A stretch of 64,000 bases of DNA. It comes from Myxococcota bacterium (lineage in GTDB: Bacteria > Myxococcota_A > UBA796 > SXON01). Positions 40,922-50,359 of this stretch are shown piece by piece. Under the pieces are notes generated by a model. It made no database searches, was not told the DNA's origin, and worked only from the letters and a program-made list of their open reading frames with translations. A program made the position numbers and the translations under genes. The first letter of the stretch is position 1; each line of letters starts with the position of its first letter. The DNA lies in contig JAZKFH010000027.1 in assembly GCA_040386535.1 (NCBI GenBank), positions 76,314 through 140,313 of the forward strand. The letters run 5' to 3'.

Positions 40922-43825
40922 CTAACGGACGCCGAGCGTATCCTTGGCGCGCGTGGCTCGCGGGCCGCTCGGAGCGAGGGCGAGGAAGGTTCGCCACGCG
41001 GCGCCGGAGCGGGCGAAGCCGTCCCGGGCATCGAGGTAGAAGCGGCCCTTCTCGTACCACGCCAGCCCGAGCTCGGGGCCGAGCTGGGCGGCACGGTCGA
41101 AGTGTTGCGCGGCGAGCGCCTTGCGGTCGGCGGTCTCGAAGTAGCGGCCGGCGAACACGTGCACCGCCGGATCCTCGGCGTTGGCCGCGAGGGCGGCGGT
41201 GATGAACGGGTCACCCGCGGGGGGGCCGGTCACGAGCGCCTGCATCGCGACGAGGCGGGGCGCGAGGCGCCGCTCGAACGGATCGGTGGAGGCGCTGGTG
41301 GCGGTGACGGCGGCCTGGAGTGCGCCGAGGGCCTCGGTGGAGCGGTCCTGCACGGCGAGGAGCGCGGACGCGTAGGCGCCGAGCGGCGTGGCGGCCTGGG
41401 GGGGGAGCAGCTGCACGCCGGGCGGCTCCTGGTTGCCCCACACGCTCACCAGCGTGTCGAGCACCGGCGTGAGGTTCGCGAGCATGCTGGCGGCCTCGAG
41501 GCGCACCACGGCCTCGTCGGCCTCCTCTACACGGTCGAGCTCGAGGAGGAGGAGCACGTAGGCGGCCTGGGCCTCGGCGGCGCCCGGGCGCGCGGTCACG
41601 ACGCTCTTGAGCTCGTGGAGCGCGGCGGTGAGCTGCTGCTCGGCGGCGAGATCGGCCGCGTGGAGGAAGAGGAGATCGGGGTTGGCGCCGTCCCGGGAGA
41701 GGCCGCGCTCGATCGCGTCCCGCGCGTCAGTCGGGGAGCCGAGGGCGAGGAACGCGTGGGCGCGCAGGGCCTGGAGGCGGCCCTCGAGCCGCGGCGCGAG
41801 CGTGGTGCCGGCGGGGCTCTGGAGGAACTGATCGACCGAGGACACCACCTTGGCCGGCGGCGCCTCGTCGAGCTCGAGCGAGAGGATGCGCGCGGCGGCG
41901 TGGTCGGGGGTGCTCGCGAGGAGCGCCTGGACGAGTGCCCGAGCGTCATCCTTGCGGCCGGCCGCGGCGAGCACCTCCGCGCGCGCGAGGCTGTACCGGG
42001 GCTGATCGCCGCGGTCGATGGCGTCGAAGTGTTCGAGCGCGCGGTCGAGATCGCCGCCGCGGGCCGCGATGCGCGCGAAGAGCAGCCGCTCCTCGTCGTC
42101 CTCGGGGCGTTCGCGCCCCAGGGCCGCGCTCGCACCCGCCACGTCCTGGCGGGCGAGGGCCTCGCCGGCGCGCAGGATGGCGAGGCGGTGCACGTCGAGC
42201 TGGGCGGGCTTCTCCAGGCCCTCGCGCACCTTGGCGATGCGCGTGGGGTCGCCGTTGTAGTCCGACCAGAGGACGAGCTGGGTCTCCGCGAGGGCGGCGC
42301 GCACGTCGGCGATCTCGCTCGCGCGGTCCCCCGTGGCGACGCGCTGCTCCAGGCGGCCCTCCTGCGTGAGCAGCGCGTTGTAGTCCTCCTCGGCGAGGGC
42401 GCGGACCACCTCGTCGCGCACGGTGCTGGCCCCGGAGCGGGCGCCCAGGCTGCCGACGAACACGGCGGCGACGAGCAACACGACGGCGGCGAACAACGCG
42501 GCCGCGGCGAGCAGCGCGCGGGGCCACAGGCGCGACGGCGGGGCCGGCGGCGGCTCGTCGTGCAGGTAGGCGGGGTCGACCCGCTCGGGCGCGATGGGGG
42601 TCGCGTGCTTCTCGATGACCTCGATCGGCTTGCCGAAGGTGGCGGCGGCCTCGGGCTGGGGCACCGGCGCGGCCACGCCGCCGCGGGTCATGACGACGAC
42701 GTTCTCGTCCTCCTCCTCGAGCAGATCGTCCGGCGTGTCCGCCAGGTCGCTCGTGCTCGACACGCCCATCGACGCCTGCCACGCGCGGAGGTTGAGCGTC
42801 TCGCGCAGGCCGCCGTCCCCCCCGTCGTCCTTCTTGCGGTGGAGCTGCGCGGGGCGGTCCTCCCCGGGGCGCAGGACCAGCATGATCTGGGTGTCGGCGG
42901 AGTTCGAGTTGGGGAGCACGTCGAGGAGCTGGCGGCCGGGATCGGTGCCGTCCGACGCGTTGCTGACCATCTCGGCGGCGGAGGCGAGGCCCGACGCCTG
43001 GGTGGCCTCGTGACGGTCCTCCTCGACCGAACCCTGGGCCTCGTGGCCGCGGGGCGCGTACTTGAAGAGCGCCGGGAAGTTGGTGGCCTCGGCGGTCTCC
43101 GGGTCGAGGTCGACCGAGCGGAGGCCGAAGCTCTCGGTGTGCTCCGGCTCGTCTAGCGTGTGGTCCCGCGCGGGGTTGGCGGAGGGCGGCAACAGCGCCG
43201 TCACCAGGGCGTCGACGCTCTGGCCGTTGGCCCCGAAGTCACCCGCGAGGCTCCACAGGAGCTCCTTGACGCGTGCGTTGTCGGGCTCGACGCGGCGCAG
43301 GCGCTCGAGGATGCCGGTGGCGCGGAGGAAGCTCCCGGTCGCCAGGAAGCGCTCGGCGAGCGTCAGGAGCCGCGCGGGTTGGTTCTCGCGCTCGATCTCG
43401 CGCGCCTGGGCCTCGGGGCGCACGGGATCGGACTGGGCGCGCACCCAGAAGGCCTCGATGTCGTCCCGGCCGGGGCCGCCCATCTGCTGGTCGCGCAGCT
43501 GCTGGAGCGGCTTGCGCGCCTTGAGCGGCCAGCCGCGCTCCAGGTAGATTTCGGCCTGGAGGAGCAGCGCGTCGGACTGATCGGGGTCCCCCTCGAGCAC
43601 CTCCCGCGTGCGGTTGAGCGCGCGGTCCATCAGGCGGAGGTGGAAGAAGGCCCGGGCCTCGGCGAGGCGGGCGCGCGGCGTGGGCGTGCCCTGGGCGGCC
43701 CATGCCTCTACGATCCGCACGACGCCGATGTAGTCACCCCGGGTGGCCAGCGTCGCCACGGACTCGTCGAGGTGATGGTCCCGTTGGGAGGGCGAGGGGG
43801 AGGGCTGGGAAGACGGGTGGGTCAT
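40922..43825 (-). CDS. Large TPR protein with a central TM helix
   Basis: N-terminal TPRs, acidic linker, TM (ALLAAAALFAAVVLLVAAVF) and C-terminal TPRs ending FLALAPSGPRA. Confidence 0.8.
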   Translation of the reverse strand: MTHPSSQPSPSPSQRDHHLDESVATLATRGDYIGVVRIVEAWAAQGTPTPRARLAEARAFFHLRLMDRALNRTREVLEGDPDQSDALLLQAEIYLERGWPLKARKPLQQLRDQQMGGPGRDDIEAFWVRAQSDPVRPEAQAREIERENQPARLLTLAERFLATGSFLRATGILERLRRVEPDNARVKELLWSLAGDFGANGQSVDALVTALLPPSANPARDHTLDEPEHTESFGLRSVDLDPETAEATNFPALFKYAPRGHEAQGSVEEDRHEATQASGLASAAEMVSNASDGTDPGRQLLDVLPNSNSADTQIMLVLRPGEDRPAQLHRKKDDGGDGGLRETLNLRAWQASMGVSSTSDLADTPDDLLEEEDENVVVMTRGGVAAPVPQPEAAATFGKPIEVIEKHATPIAPERVDPAYLHDEPPPAPPSRLWPRALLAAAALFAAVVLLVAAVFVGSLGARSGASTVRDEVVRALAEEDYNALLTQEGRLEQRVATGDRASEIADVRAALAETQLVLWSDYNGDPTRIAKVREGLEKPAQLDVHRLAILRAGEALARQDVAGASAALGRERPEDDEERLLFARIAARGGDLDRALEHFDAIDRGDQPRYSLARAEVLAAAGRKDDARALVQALLASTPDHAAARILSLELDEAPPAKVVSSVDQFLQSPAGTTLAPRLEGRLQALRAHAFLALGSPTDARDAIERGLSRDGANPDLLFLHAADLAAEQQLTAALHELKSVVTARPGAAEAQAAYVLLLLELDRVEEADEAVVRLEAASMLANLTPVLDTLVSVWGNQEPPGVQLLPPQAATPLGAYASALLAVQDRSTEALGALQAAVTATSASTDPFERRLAPRLVAMQALVTGPPAGDPFITAALAANAEDPAVHVFAGRYFETADRKALAAQHFDRAAQLGPELGLAWYEKGRFYLDARDGFARSGAAWRTFLALAPSGPRATRAKDTLGVR

Positions 43826-43876
43826 CGAAGAGGGCCGGATGATAGCAGGGAGCCGACCCGTGTGGGCCGGACATGC

Positions 43877-43929
43877 GACGGGCCCGTGGGTTCCCTGCTG
43901 GATTTCCAGAGGGATCCCACGGGCCCGTC
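43877..43929 (-). terminator. Long stem-loop downstream of etfA (terminator or mRNA-stabilising)
   Basis: GACGGGCCCGTGGG...CCCACGGGCCCGTC 14-bp outer stem; no clear U tract. Confidence 0.55.
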
Positions 43930-43958
43930 TACTGGTTGGAGCCAGGCGAGCGGTCGAG

Positions 43959-44933
43959 CTAGGCGAGCGCCTTCTCGAGCTCCTTCTGGAACGCCGGGGC
44001 GAACTCGAACAGATCGCCCACGTACCCGTAGGTGGCGTACTGGAAGATCGGCGCCTCCGCGTCCTTGTTGACCGCGACGATGACGCGCGAGGTGCGCATG
44101 CCGGCGAGGTGCTGGATGGCGCCGGAGATGCCGAGCGCGATGTACAGCGAGGGGTTGACCACCTTGCCGGTCTGCCCGACCTGGTCGCCGTGGGGCGCAA
44201 AACCCGCGTCGACCGCGGCGCGCGAGGCGCCGGGCGTGGCGTGCGCGGCCTTGGCGAGCGGACGCACGATCGCGTCGAAGCTCTCCTTCGACTTGAGCGA
44301 GCGGCCACCGGACACGATCCGGTCGGCTTCGGTCAGGTCGACCGCCTGGGTGGCGGGCTTGAGGGTCTCGGTGACGGTCACGTCGAGGTCGGCGTCGGTG
44401 ACGCCGGCATCGAAGGGGAAGACCGTGGCCGAGCCACCCGGCGCGGCGCCGATCGGGAAGGAGTTCGGGCGCACCGTGAACAGCGCGACCGGGGACTTGA
44501 TCTTCACGTCGACGAGGGCCTTGCCCGCGTACACGGGGCGGCGCCCGACGATGGCGCCGCCTTCGGCGCGCAGGTCGGTGCATTCCACCGCGAGGCCGGC
44601 GCCGAGGCGCGCGGACAGGCGGGGGAACGCCTCACGGGTGATGCCGCCGGCCGAGCCGAGCACCACGTTGGCGCCCGAGGCGGCGATCGCGGCCGCGAGG
44701 GCCTTGACCCACGCGCCGGCCACGTACGTACCGAACGCGGGGCCGCTGGCGACGTACACCTTGGAGGCGCCCCAGCTGCCGAGGACGTTGGTGTCGGTCT
44801 CGCCGAGGACGACCGCGCTGACGGAGCCGCCGGTGGCGGCGGCGAGCTGGGCGGCCTTGCCGAGGAGCTCGAAGGCGGACTTGCGGGGCTGGCCGCCCTC
44901 GGTCTCGCAGAAAACCAGGATGTTGGTAGGCAT
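43959..44933 (-). CDS. etfA: Electron transfer flavoprotein alpha subunit
   Basis: IVSGGR, GASRAAVDAG, QVGQTGK, GISGAIQHLAGM and NKDAEAPIF motifs. Confidence 0.96.
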   Translation of the reverse strand: MPTNILVFCETEGGQPRKSAFELLGKAAQLAAATGGSVSAVVLGETDTNVLGSWGASKVYVASGPAFGTYVAGAWVKALAAAIAASGANVVLGSAGGITREAFPRLSARLGAGLAVECTDLRAEGGAIVGRRPVYAGKALVDVKIKSPVALFTVRPNSFPIGAAPGGSATVFPFDAGVTDADLDVTVTETLKPATQAVDLTEADRIVSGGRSLKSKESFDAIVRPLAKAAHATPGASRAAVDAGFAPHGDQVGQTGKVVNPSLYIALGISGAIQHLAGMRTSRVIVAVNKDAEAPIFQYATYGYVGDLFEFAPAFQKELEKALA

Positions 44934-44944
44934 GTGCGTGCTCC

Positions 44945-45736
44945 TCAGATGACCTTGGCTTCTTCGCGCAGGAGGCGGACGAGCTCGGCCGCGACGGTCG
45001 CGGCATCGCCCTGGAGGATGCGGCCGGCCGGGCGCGCAGGGGGGAGGCTCATGGCCTCCTCGACGACGACCGCGGCGCCGGCGCCGACGGTGGAGGCGTC
45101 GATCTCGAGGGCCGCGGCGTTCTTCACGACGATCGGCTTCTTCTTCGCGGCCATGATGCCGGGGAGCGTGGCGTAGCGGGGCTCGTTCAGGCCCTTGTCG
45201 CAGGTGATGACGGCGGGGAGGCGCCCGACGACGACCTCACGGGTGCCGCCGCCCGCGGCGCGGTGCGCCGTGAACGACTCGCCTTCGATCACGAGCTTGT
45301 CGACCCAGCTGGCCTGGCTCCAGGACAGGAGCTCCGCCATCATCGCGGGGACGGCGCTCGTGTCCGTGTCGACCGACTGGCGGCCGGTCAGAACGAGGCC
45401 GATGCCCTCCTGCTTGATGGCGGCCGCGAGGATGCGGGCGCGCCCGAGCGCGTCGCTGCCGGCAAACGCCGTGTCGTCCAGGCGCACGGCGCGGTCGGCG
45501 CCGCGGGCGAGGCCGTCACGGATGCGGGCTTCGGAGGAGGCTTCCCCGAGCGTGAAGATCACGACCTCGGTGCCCTTTCCGGCCTGCTTCAGACGGATCC
45601 CCTCTTCGAGGGCGTACTCGTCGTAGGGGTTGATCTCCCACTTCACGTCATCCGTCAGGATGCCCGTGCCGGTCGGGTTGACGCGGATGCGCGTGTCCGT
45701 GGCCGGAACTTGTTTGAGGCACACACCGATCTTCAT
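44945..45736 (-). CDS. etfB: Electron transfer flavoprotein beta subunit
   Basis: MKIGVCLKQVP, INPYDEYALEE, GADRA and NEPRYATLPGIMAAKKK motifs. Confidence 0.96.
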   Translation of the reverse strand: MKIGVCLKQVPATDTRIRVNPTGTGILTDDVKWEINPYDEYALEEGIRLKQAGKGTEVVIFTLGEASSEARIRDGLARGADRAVRLDDTAFAGSDALGRARILAAAIKQEGIGLVLTGRQSVDTDTSAVPAMMAELLSWSQASWVDKLVIEGESFTAHRAAGGGTREVVVGRLPAVITCDKGLNEPRYATLPGIMAAKKKPIVVKNAAALEIDASTVGAGAAVVVEEAMSLPPARPAGRILQGDAATVAAELVRLLREEAKVI

Positions 45737-45747
45737 GTTTCCTCCGC

Positions 45748-46410
45748 TCATGGTTCGTCTACTCTGCGAGGAACGGCCGGGACGAGCTCGATCGAGCCCG
45801 CCACGGCCATGCCCCGGATGAACACGTCGGCCACCGTGTCAGCGGTGACCTCCAACGAAAACTTGTCGCGACGATGTTTCGCCAGCACCCACTGCATGGC
45901 CAGCTCGTCGAGCGAGCCGAAGAAGGCCCACATCAGCACGAAGGGATCGAGGTCGGGGCGCACGGCGCCGCTCTCCTGGCCCTCCCGCACGATGTCCGCG
46001 AAGACGCCCAGGTACTCCCAGAGCTTCTCCGGCCGGTACTCCTTCAGGAACTTGTTCGAGAGGCGCAGCTCGATCTGCAGGACCTCGGCCAGGGCGCGAT
46101 GGTCCTCGACCTGGCGGAAGTGGTACCGCGCGAACACGCGCACCTTCTGCAACGGGTCGGACACGCCCCGGAGGGCCTCCCGCACGCCGTTGATGAGGAT
46201 CCCCATCTTCTCCTCGAAGATGGTGAGCAACACATCGTCTTTATTGCGGAAGTACAGGTAGATGGTGCCGTCGGCCACGCCCGCACGCCGCGCGATGTCG
46301 GAGATCCGCGCGTGGTGGAACCCCTTCTCCGCGAACACTTCGATGGCCGCGTCGAGGATGAGGTCGTGCTTGTCGGTCCGCTCACGGGCGGCGGGATCCA
46401 CAGGAGGCAT
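45748..46410 (-). CDS. TetR-family regulator, FadR/YsiA-like
   Basis: ILDAAIEVFAEKGFH..ISDIARRAGVADGTIYLYFRNK; QIELRLS; directly upstream of etfBA. Confidence 0.9.
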   Translation of the reverse strand: MPPVDPAARERTDKHDLILDAAIEVFAEKGFHHARISDIARRAGVADGTIYLYFRNKDDVLLTIFEEKMGILINGVREALRGVSDPLQKVRVFARYHFRQVEDHRALAEVLQIELRLSNKFLKEYRPEKLWEYLGVFADIVREGQESGAVRPDLDPFVLMWAFFGSLDELAMQWVLAKHRRDKFSLEVTADTVADVFIRGMAVAGSIELVPAVPRRVDEP

Positions 46411-46416
46411 TGGCGA

Positions 46417-46432
46417 CTGAATGGCGATTCAG
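46417..46432. promoter_or_regulatory. Candidate autoregulatory TetR operator CTGAAT-GGCG-ATTCAG
   Basis: Perfect palindrome 6 nt upstream of the TetR start codon. Confidence 0.65.
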
Positions 46433-46509
46433 CCGTTTACCCGAACCGCGGGCCCCTCGCAAGCAATAAGGGAGGGGCCCGACCGTCCGTCAGCCTCAAA
46501 CGTGTGGAA

Positions 46510-47208
46510 TCAGCGGGAAGCACGCTTGGCCTGCCACCGCTTGACCTGACCCTGGATGTCCTGGTCGGGCACGCCGGCCCAGTCCTTCAGGAACTGGGCG
46601 TTGCCCTTGTCCGTGAGGGGGTGGAGGATCATCGCCTTGAGCACCTTGTAGGGGATCGTGGCGACGTCCGAGCCGGCCTCGGCGGCCTGCACCACGTGGA
46701 GCGGGTCGCGGATGGAGGCGGCGAGCACCTCGGTCTTCAGGTCGGGGTAGTTCATGTAGATGCTGACGATCTGCTGGATGAGCAGCATGCCGTCCTGCCC
46801 CATGTCGTCGAGCCGGCCGATGAAGGGCGAGATGTAGGTCGCGCCGGCCTTGGCGGCGAGCAGCGCCTGGGCGGCCTGGAAGCAGAGCGTCACGTTGACA
46901 CGGGTGCCCTCGCTCGAGAGCGCCTTGCAGGCCTTGAGCCCGTCGACCGTGAGCGGCACCTTGACGACCACGTTCTTGTGCACCTGCGCGAGCAGGCGGC
47001 CCTCGGCGATCATCGTCGCCGCGTCCTGCGCGACGACCTCGGCGCTGACCGGGCCGTCGACCATGCCGCAGATCTGGTGGATGGTGTCGATGAAGTCGCC
47101 ACCCTCCCGCGCGATCAGCGAGGGGTTGGTGGTGACGCCGTCGATGACGCCCCACTGCACGGCGTCGCGAATCTCGTCGAGGTTGGCGGTGTCGAGGAAG
47201 ATCTTCAT
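46510..47208 (-). CDS. tal: Transaldolase (small TalC/FSA family)
   Basis: [17 protein letters not shown] and VVVKVP motifs; SAEV (Glu) and SPF (Phe) are transaldolase-type rather than FSA-type residues. Confidence 0.9.
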   Translation of the reverse strand: MKIFLDTANLDEIRDAVQWGVIDGVTTNPSLIAREGGDFIDTIHQICGMVDGPVSAEVVAQDAATMIAEGRLLAQVHKNVVVKVPLTVDGLKACKALSSEGTRVNVTLCFQAAQALLAAKAGATYISPFIGRLDDMGQDGMLLIQQIVSIYMNYPDLKTEVLAASIRDPLHVVQAAEAGSDVATIPYKVLKAMILHPLTDKGNAQFLKDWAGVPDQDIQGQVKRWQAKRASR

Positions 47209-47235
47209 GCGGATATACCCGGAGAGGGGCGCCAA

Positions 47236-47808
47236 CTACGCCGTCGTCGGGGCGTTTGCAAGGGTCGGCGTGACACCGGGACGCGGCAACACACCCACGA
47301 CGGGGAGCGACCCGGTGAGGGGCAGGGTGTCGGCGTAGCGGAGGCCCGTGTACGGATTGACGGCGTCGGGCCACGCCTCGCGGAGCGGGGTCATGACGAA
47401 GGCGCGCTCGACCATGCGGGGGTGGGGGATGCGCAGGCCGGGCTCGGTGACGACGCGGCGGTCGTACAGGAGCAGGTCGAGATCGATCACGCGGTCCGCC
47501 CAGCGCCGCGTGGGGCGGCGGCCGAGGCGCACCTCGATGGCGCGCAGGATCGGGAGCAGCTCGGTGGGGGTGAGCGTCGTCTCGCCGCCCGTCTGGCCGC
47601 CCGTTTCGCCGCCCGTTTCGAAGAGGGCGACCGCGTTGAAGAACACCGCGCCCGCGGCGCCCCCGACGGCGGCGGACGCGTAGATGCGGCTGGCGCGCAC
47701 GAGCCGCAGGCCGGCGGTGGCGTCGAGCGCGTGGAGGGCGAGCCGGATGGAGGCGGCGCGGTCGCCGAGGGAGGCGCCGAAGGCGATCGCCACCGGGACG
47801 CGGCTCAT
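47236..47808 (-). CDS. folK: 6-hydroxymethyl-7,8-dihydropterin pyrophosphokinase
   Basis: IAFGASLGDR, FFNAV, IEVRLGR..RWADRVIDLDLLLY and IPHPRM.ERAFV motifs. Confidence 0.92.
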   Translation of the reverse strand: MSRVPVAIAFGASLGDRAASIRLALHALDATAGLRLVRASRIYASAAVGGAAGAVFFNAVALFETGGETGGQTGGETTLTPTELLPILRAIEVRLGRRPTRRWADRVIDLDLLLYDRRVVTEPGLRIPHPRMVERAFVMTPLREAWPDAVNPYTGLRYADTLPLTGSLPVVGVLPRPGVTPTLANAPTTA

Positions 47809-48689
47809 GGCCGGAGGATCGAGAGCTCGGCCGAGCGCGCCTTGTCGATCCGCTTCTCCTCGGACGCGGCGGAGCGCACCACGCCGTCGGCGCCGACCAC
47901 CCAGGCGTCTCCGCGCGGGTTGGCGGGGAGGGGGATCCCGAGGGACGCGAGGGCCTCGGGCGAGGCGAGGGGCGCGCCGGTGCTCTCGAAGTAGGCGCGG
48001 CACGCGTCGGCCCAGCCGGCCACCAGCTCGTCGTGGACCATCCGCCCGATCTGTCCGCGTACCTCCTCGGCGATCGCGGGGTTGTCCGTCGTGCGGAGCA
48101 CGTCTTCCAGGTAGGCCACCGCGGCCTTCCGGTTGCCGCTCTTCGTGTGCATGCCCGCGGCCGCCGCGGCGTACCAGGGGGGCGCCCCGGGGAGGTGCGC
48201 CGCGCGGTCCATCCACACGGTCGCGGCCGCGGTGTCGTCCCGGTACAGGTACGCGTTCATGGCGAGGCTGAACGGGAAGAAGAAGTCGTCCGGGCGGTTC
48301 TCCGCGGCGCGGGTGTAGATCGCGTCGGAGCCCTCGATGTCGCCGAGGACGCGGAGCAGCGTGCCGCCGTAGAAGTAGGGGGTGCGCCATGTCGGATCGA
48401 GCGTGGTCACGGCCTCGATCGTGCGGCGGAACCACTCGCGCCAGTGCTCGGGCGCCTCGGCTTCGAACCGATCCCCGAACAGCAGGACGGCGCGCACCCA
48501 GAACAGGTCGGCCAGCGGCTCCTCAAAACCGGTCGCCACGACGCGGGCCTGCGCACCGTCGGGCGCGAAGGCGACCACCTGGTCACTCGTGCGGACCCGC
48601 CGGGTCGCGTCCGCTCGCGGCTGGGCCACCAACACGGCGGCGGCGCCGGCCAACAAGAGCGCGAGGAGGGCGGCGTGTGCGCGGAACAT
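47805..48689 (-). CDS. Pilin-associated TPR-like protein (myxobacterial PilG / Geobacter XapA-like)
   Basis: ADLFWVRAV..TTLDPTW..PYFYGG motif; N-terminal anchor; directly downstream of pilA. Confidence 0.65.
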   Translation of the reverse strand: MFRAHAALLALLLAGAAAVLVAQPRADATRRVRTSDQVVAFAPDGAQARVVATGFEEPLADLFWVRAVLLFGDRFEAEAPEHWREWFRRTIEAVTTLDPTWRTPYFYGGTLLRVLGDIEGSDAIYTRAAENRPDDFFFPFSLAMNAYLYRDDTAAATVWMDRAAHLPGAPPWYAAAAAGMHTKSGNRKAAVAYLEDVLRTTDNPAIAEEVRGQIGRMVHDELVAGWADACRAYFESTGAPLASPEALASLGIPLPANPRGDAWVVGADGVVRSAASEEKRIDKARSAELSILRP

Positions 48690-48732
48690 TCGTGTCGAGT
48701 CTATCGGGCGGCGGCGGGAGGTGGGGAGGGGC

Positions 48733-48775
48733 AAAAACGCGGAAGGCGCGGACACCGAGGTGCCCGCGCCTTCGC
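48733..48775 (-). terminator. Rho-independent terminator of pilA copy 1
   Basis: GAAGGCGCGGGCACCTCGGTGTCCGCGCCTTC followed by CGCGTTTTT. Confidence 0.85.
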
Positions 48776-48804
48776 TTCATCCAGCGAGGCTGGAACCGGG
48801 GAGG

Positions 48805-49287
48805 CTAGTAGATGCCTTCGGAGCCGGTCTTGACGGTCGCGTTGTACTGGGGGCCGGCGTAGTACTCGACGCGGACGAGGTCGGCGTCGACGTCGGAGGT
48901 GCCGGTCACGCAGAAGACGGGGACGCCGGTGCCGTAGGTGGTCGGGTCCTGCGTGCACTTGACGAGCGTGGCGTCGTACTGGCCGCGCACGGCGCCGTCC
49001 GGGCCCCAGCCGAGGCTGGACCACTGGCTGCCGACCGCGGTCCAGGCGGTCTGGGCCTTGGCGGTGGTGCCGGCGGGGGACGCGGTGAGGGCGAGGTAGC
49101 CGTCGAACGCCGCGTCGTACGCGAGCTCGGCGGTCTTGATGCCGTCGACGTTGCCGGGGACTTCGGCGCGCTTGGCCTTGTTCTGCATCGTGATGAAGTT
49201 CGGGATCGCGATCGCGGCGAGGATGCCGATGATGGCGACGACGATCATGAGCTCGACGAGAGAGAAGCCCTGTTGGATGCGACGCAT
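48805..49287 (-). CDS. pilA: Type IVa major pilin, copy 1
   Basis: MRRIQQG|FSLVELMIVVAIIGILAAIAIPNF; two Cys; GGAG RBS. Confidence 0.93.
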   Translation of the reverse strand: MRRIQQGFSLVELMIVVAIIGILAAIAIPNFITMQNKAKRAEVPGNVDGIKTAELAYDAAFDGYLALTASPAGTTAKAQTAWTAVGSQWSSLGWGPDGAVRGQYDATLVKCTQDPTTYGTGVPVFCVTGTSDVDADLVRVEYYAGPQYNATVKTGSEGIY

Positions 49288-49357
49288 GTGGTCTCCTGGG
49301 AGGTTCGAAGCGGGAGGTTCGAAGCCGCGGCCTGTTACCGGGTTCGTATTCTGGTAA

Positions 49358-49373
49358 AGCAAGCTGCGTGCCA
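49358..49373 (-). promoter_or_regulatory. Sigma-54 -24/-12 promoter of pilA copy 1
   Basis: TGGCACGCAGCTTGCT matches TGGCAC-N5-TTGC. Confidence 0.88.
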
Positions 49374-49423
49374 GCCAGCGGACGCCTCCCTTCCACGGTC
49401 CCAGGCGCCTTTTCCACGGCGAG

Positions 49424-49473
49424 GTGACAATTCTCGTCACCTGGAGAAGTGTCGCGATTCGTCACCTGACGTC
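49424..49473. promoter_or_regulatory. Candidate PilR enhancer, copy 1
   Basis: GTGAC-AATTCTC-GTCAC ... ATTCGTCACCTGACGTC, conserved in all three units. Confidence 0.7.
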
Positions 49474-49548
49474 GGGGGGCACTTACGCGTCAATCTCCCG
49501 GTCACGCCGCCTCGCGCTGAAGACGCGGAGCCTGGAAACGCAGTGCTG

Positions 49549-49585
49549 AAAACGCGGAAGGCGCGGACACCGAGGTGCCCGCGCC
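49549..49585 (-). terminator. Terminator of pilA copy 2
   Basis: Same GGCGCGGGCACCTCGGTGTCCGCGCC stem, followed by TTCCGCGTTTT. Confidence 0.75.
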
Positions 49586-49620
49586 AACCTTGCATCCAGC
49601 GAGGCTGGAACCGGAGAGGG

Positions 49621-50103
49621 CTAGTAGACGCCTTCGGAGCCGGACTTGACGGTCGCGTTGTACTGGGGACCGGCGTAGTACTCGACGCGGACCAGGTCGG
49701 CGTCGACGTCGGAGGTGCCGGTCACGCAGAACACGGGGACGCCCGTGCCATAGGTGGTCGGGTCCTGCGTGCACTTGACGAGCGTAGCGTTGTACTGGCC
49801 GCGCACCGCGCCGTCCGGGCCCCAGCCGAGGCTGGACCACTGGCTGCCGACCGCGGTCCAGGCGGTCTGGGCCTTGGCGGTGGTGCCGGCGGGGGACGCG
49901 GTGAGGGCGAGGTAGCCGTCGAACGCCGCGTCGTACGCGAGCTCGGCGGTCTTGATGCCGTCGACGTTGCCGGGGACTTCGGCGCGCTTGGCCTTGTTCT
50001 GCATCGTGATGAAGTTCGGGATCGCGATCGCGGCGAGGATGCCGATGATGGCGACGACGATCATGAGCTCGACGAGCGAGAAGCCTTGCTGAATGCGACG
50101 CAT
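49621..50103 (-). CDS. pilA: Type IVa major pilin, copy 2 (3 aa differences from copy 1)
   Basis: Same prepilin; differs at QYN/QYD, KSG/KTG and GVY/GIY. Confidence 0.93.
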   Translation of the reverse strand: MRRIQQGFSLVELMIVVAIIGILAAIAIPNFITMQNKAKRAEVPGNVDGIKTAELAYDAAFDGYLALTASPAGTTAKAQTAWTAVGSQWSSLGWGPDGAVRGQYNATLVKCTQDPTTYGTGVPVFCVTGTSDVDADLVRVEYYAGPQYNATVKSGSEGVY

Positions 50104-50172
50104 TTAGTCTCCAGAAGTTTTGGCACGGAGTTCGAAGCCGCGGCCTTCAGCCGGGTTCGTGCTCCGGCGTGC

Positions 50173-50188
50173 TGCAAGCGTCGTGCCA
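50173..50188 (-). promoter_or_regulatory. Sigma-54 promoter of pilA copy 2
   Basis: TGGCACGACGCTTGCA. Confidence 0.88.
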
Positions 50189-50238
50189 GCGGTAGAGCCT
50201 CAATTCCTCGAAGGAAAAGGCGGATTTTTGATGGGAGA

Positions 50239-50288
50239 GTGACAATTCGCGTCACCTCGTCCCCATCGCGATTCGTCACATGACGTCA
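50239..50288. promoter_or_regulatory. Candidate PilR enhancer, copy 2
   Basis: GTGAC-AATTCGC-GTCAC ... ATTCGTCACATGACGTC. Confidence 0.7.
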
Positions 50289-50359
50289 TGCGTCACTTGC
50301 GCTTCAGTTTCGCATCGCGCCGCACCGAGGTCACCCCAGCGAGGCCGGAACCCGAGGGG

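Noticed and set aside
48805..50103. Pilins as conductive e-pili
   Set aside because: Aromatic content is 15 of 153 by hand count, but position 27 is Met, the pilins are full-length and no multiheme cytochromes are nearby; the heuristic itself is weak.
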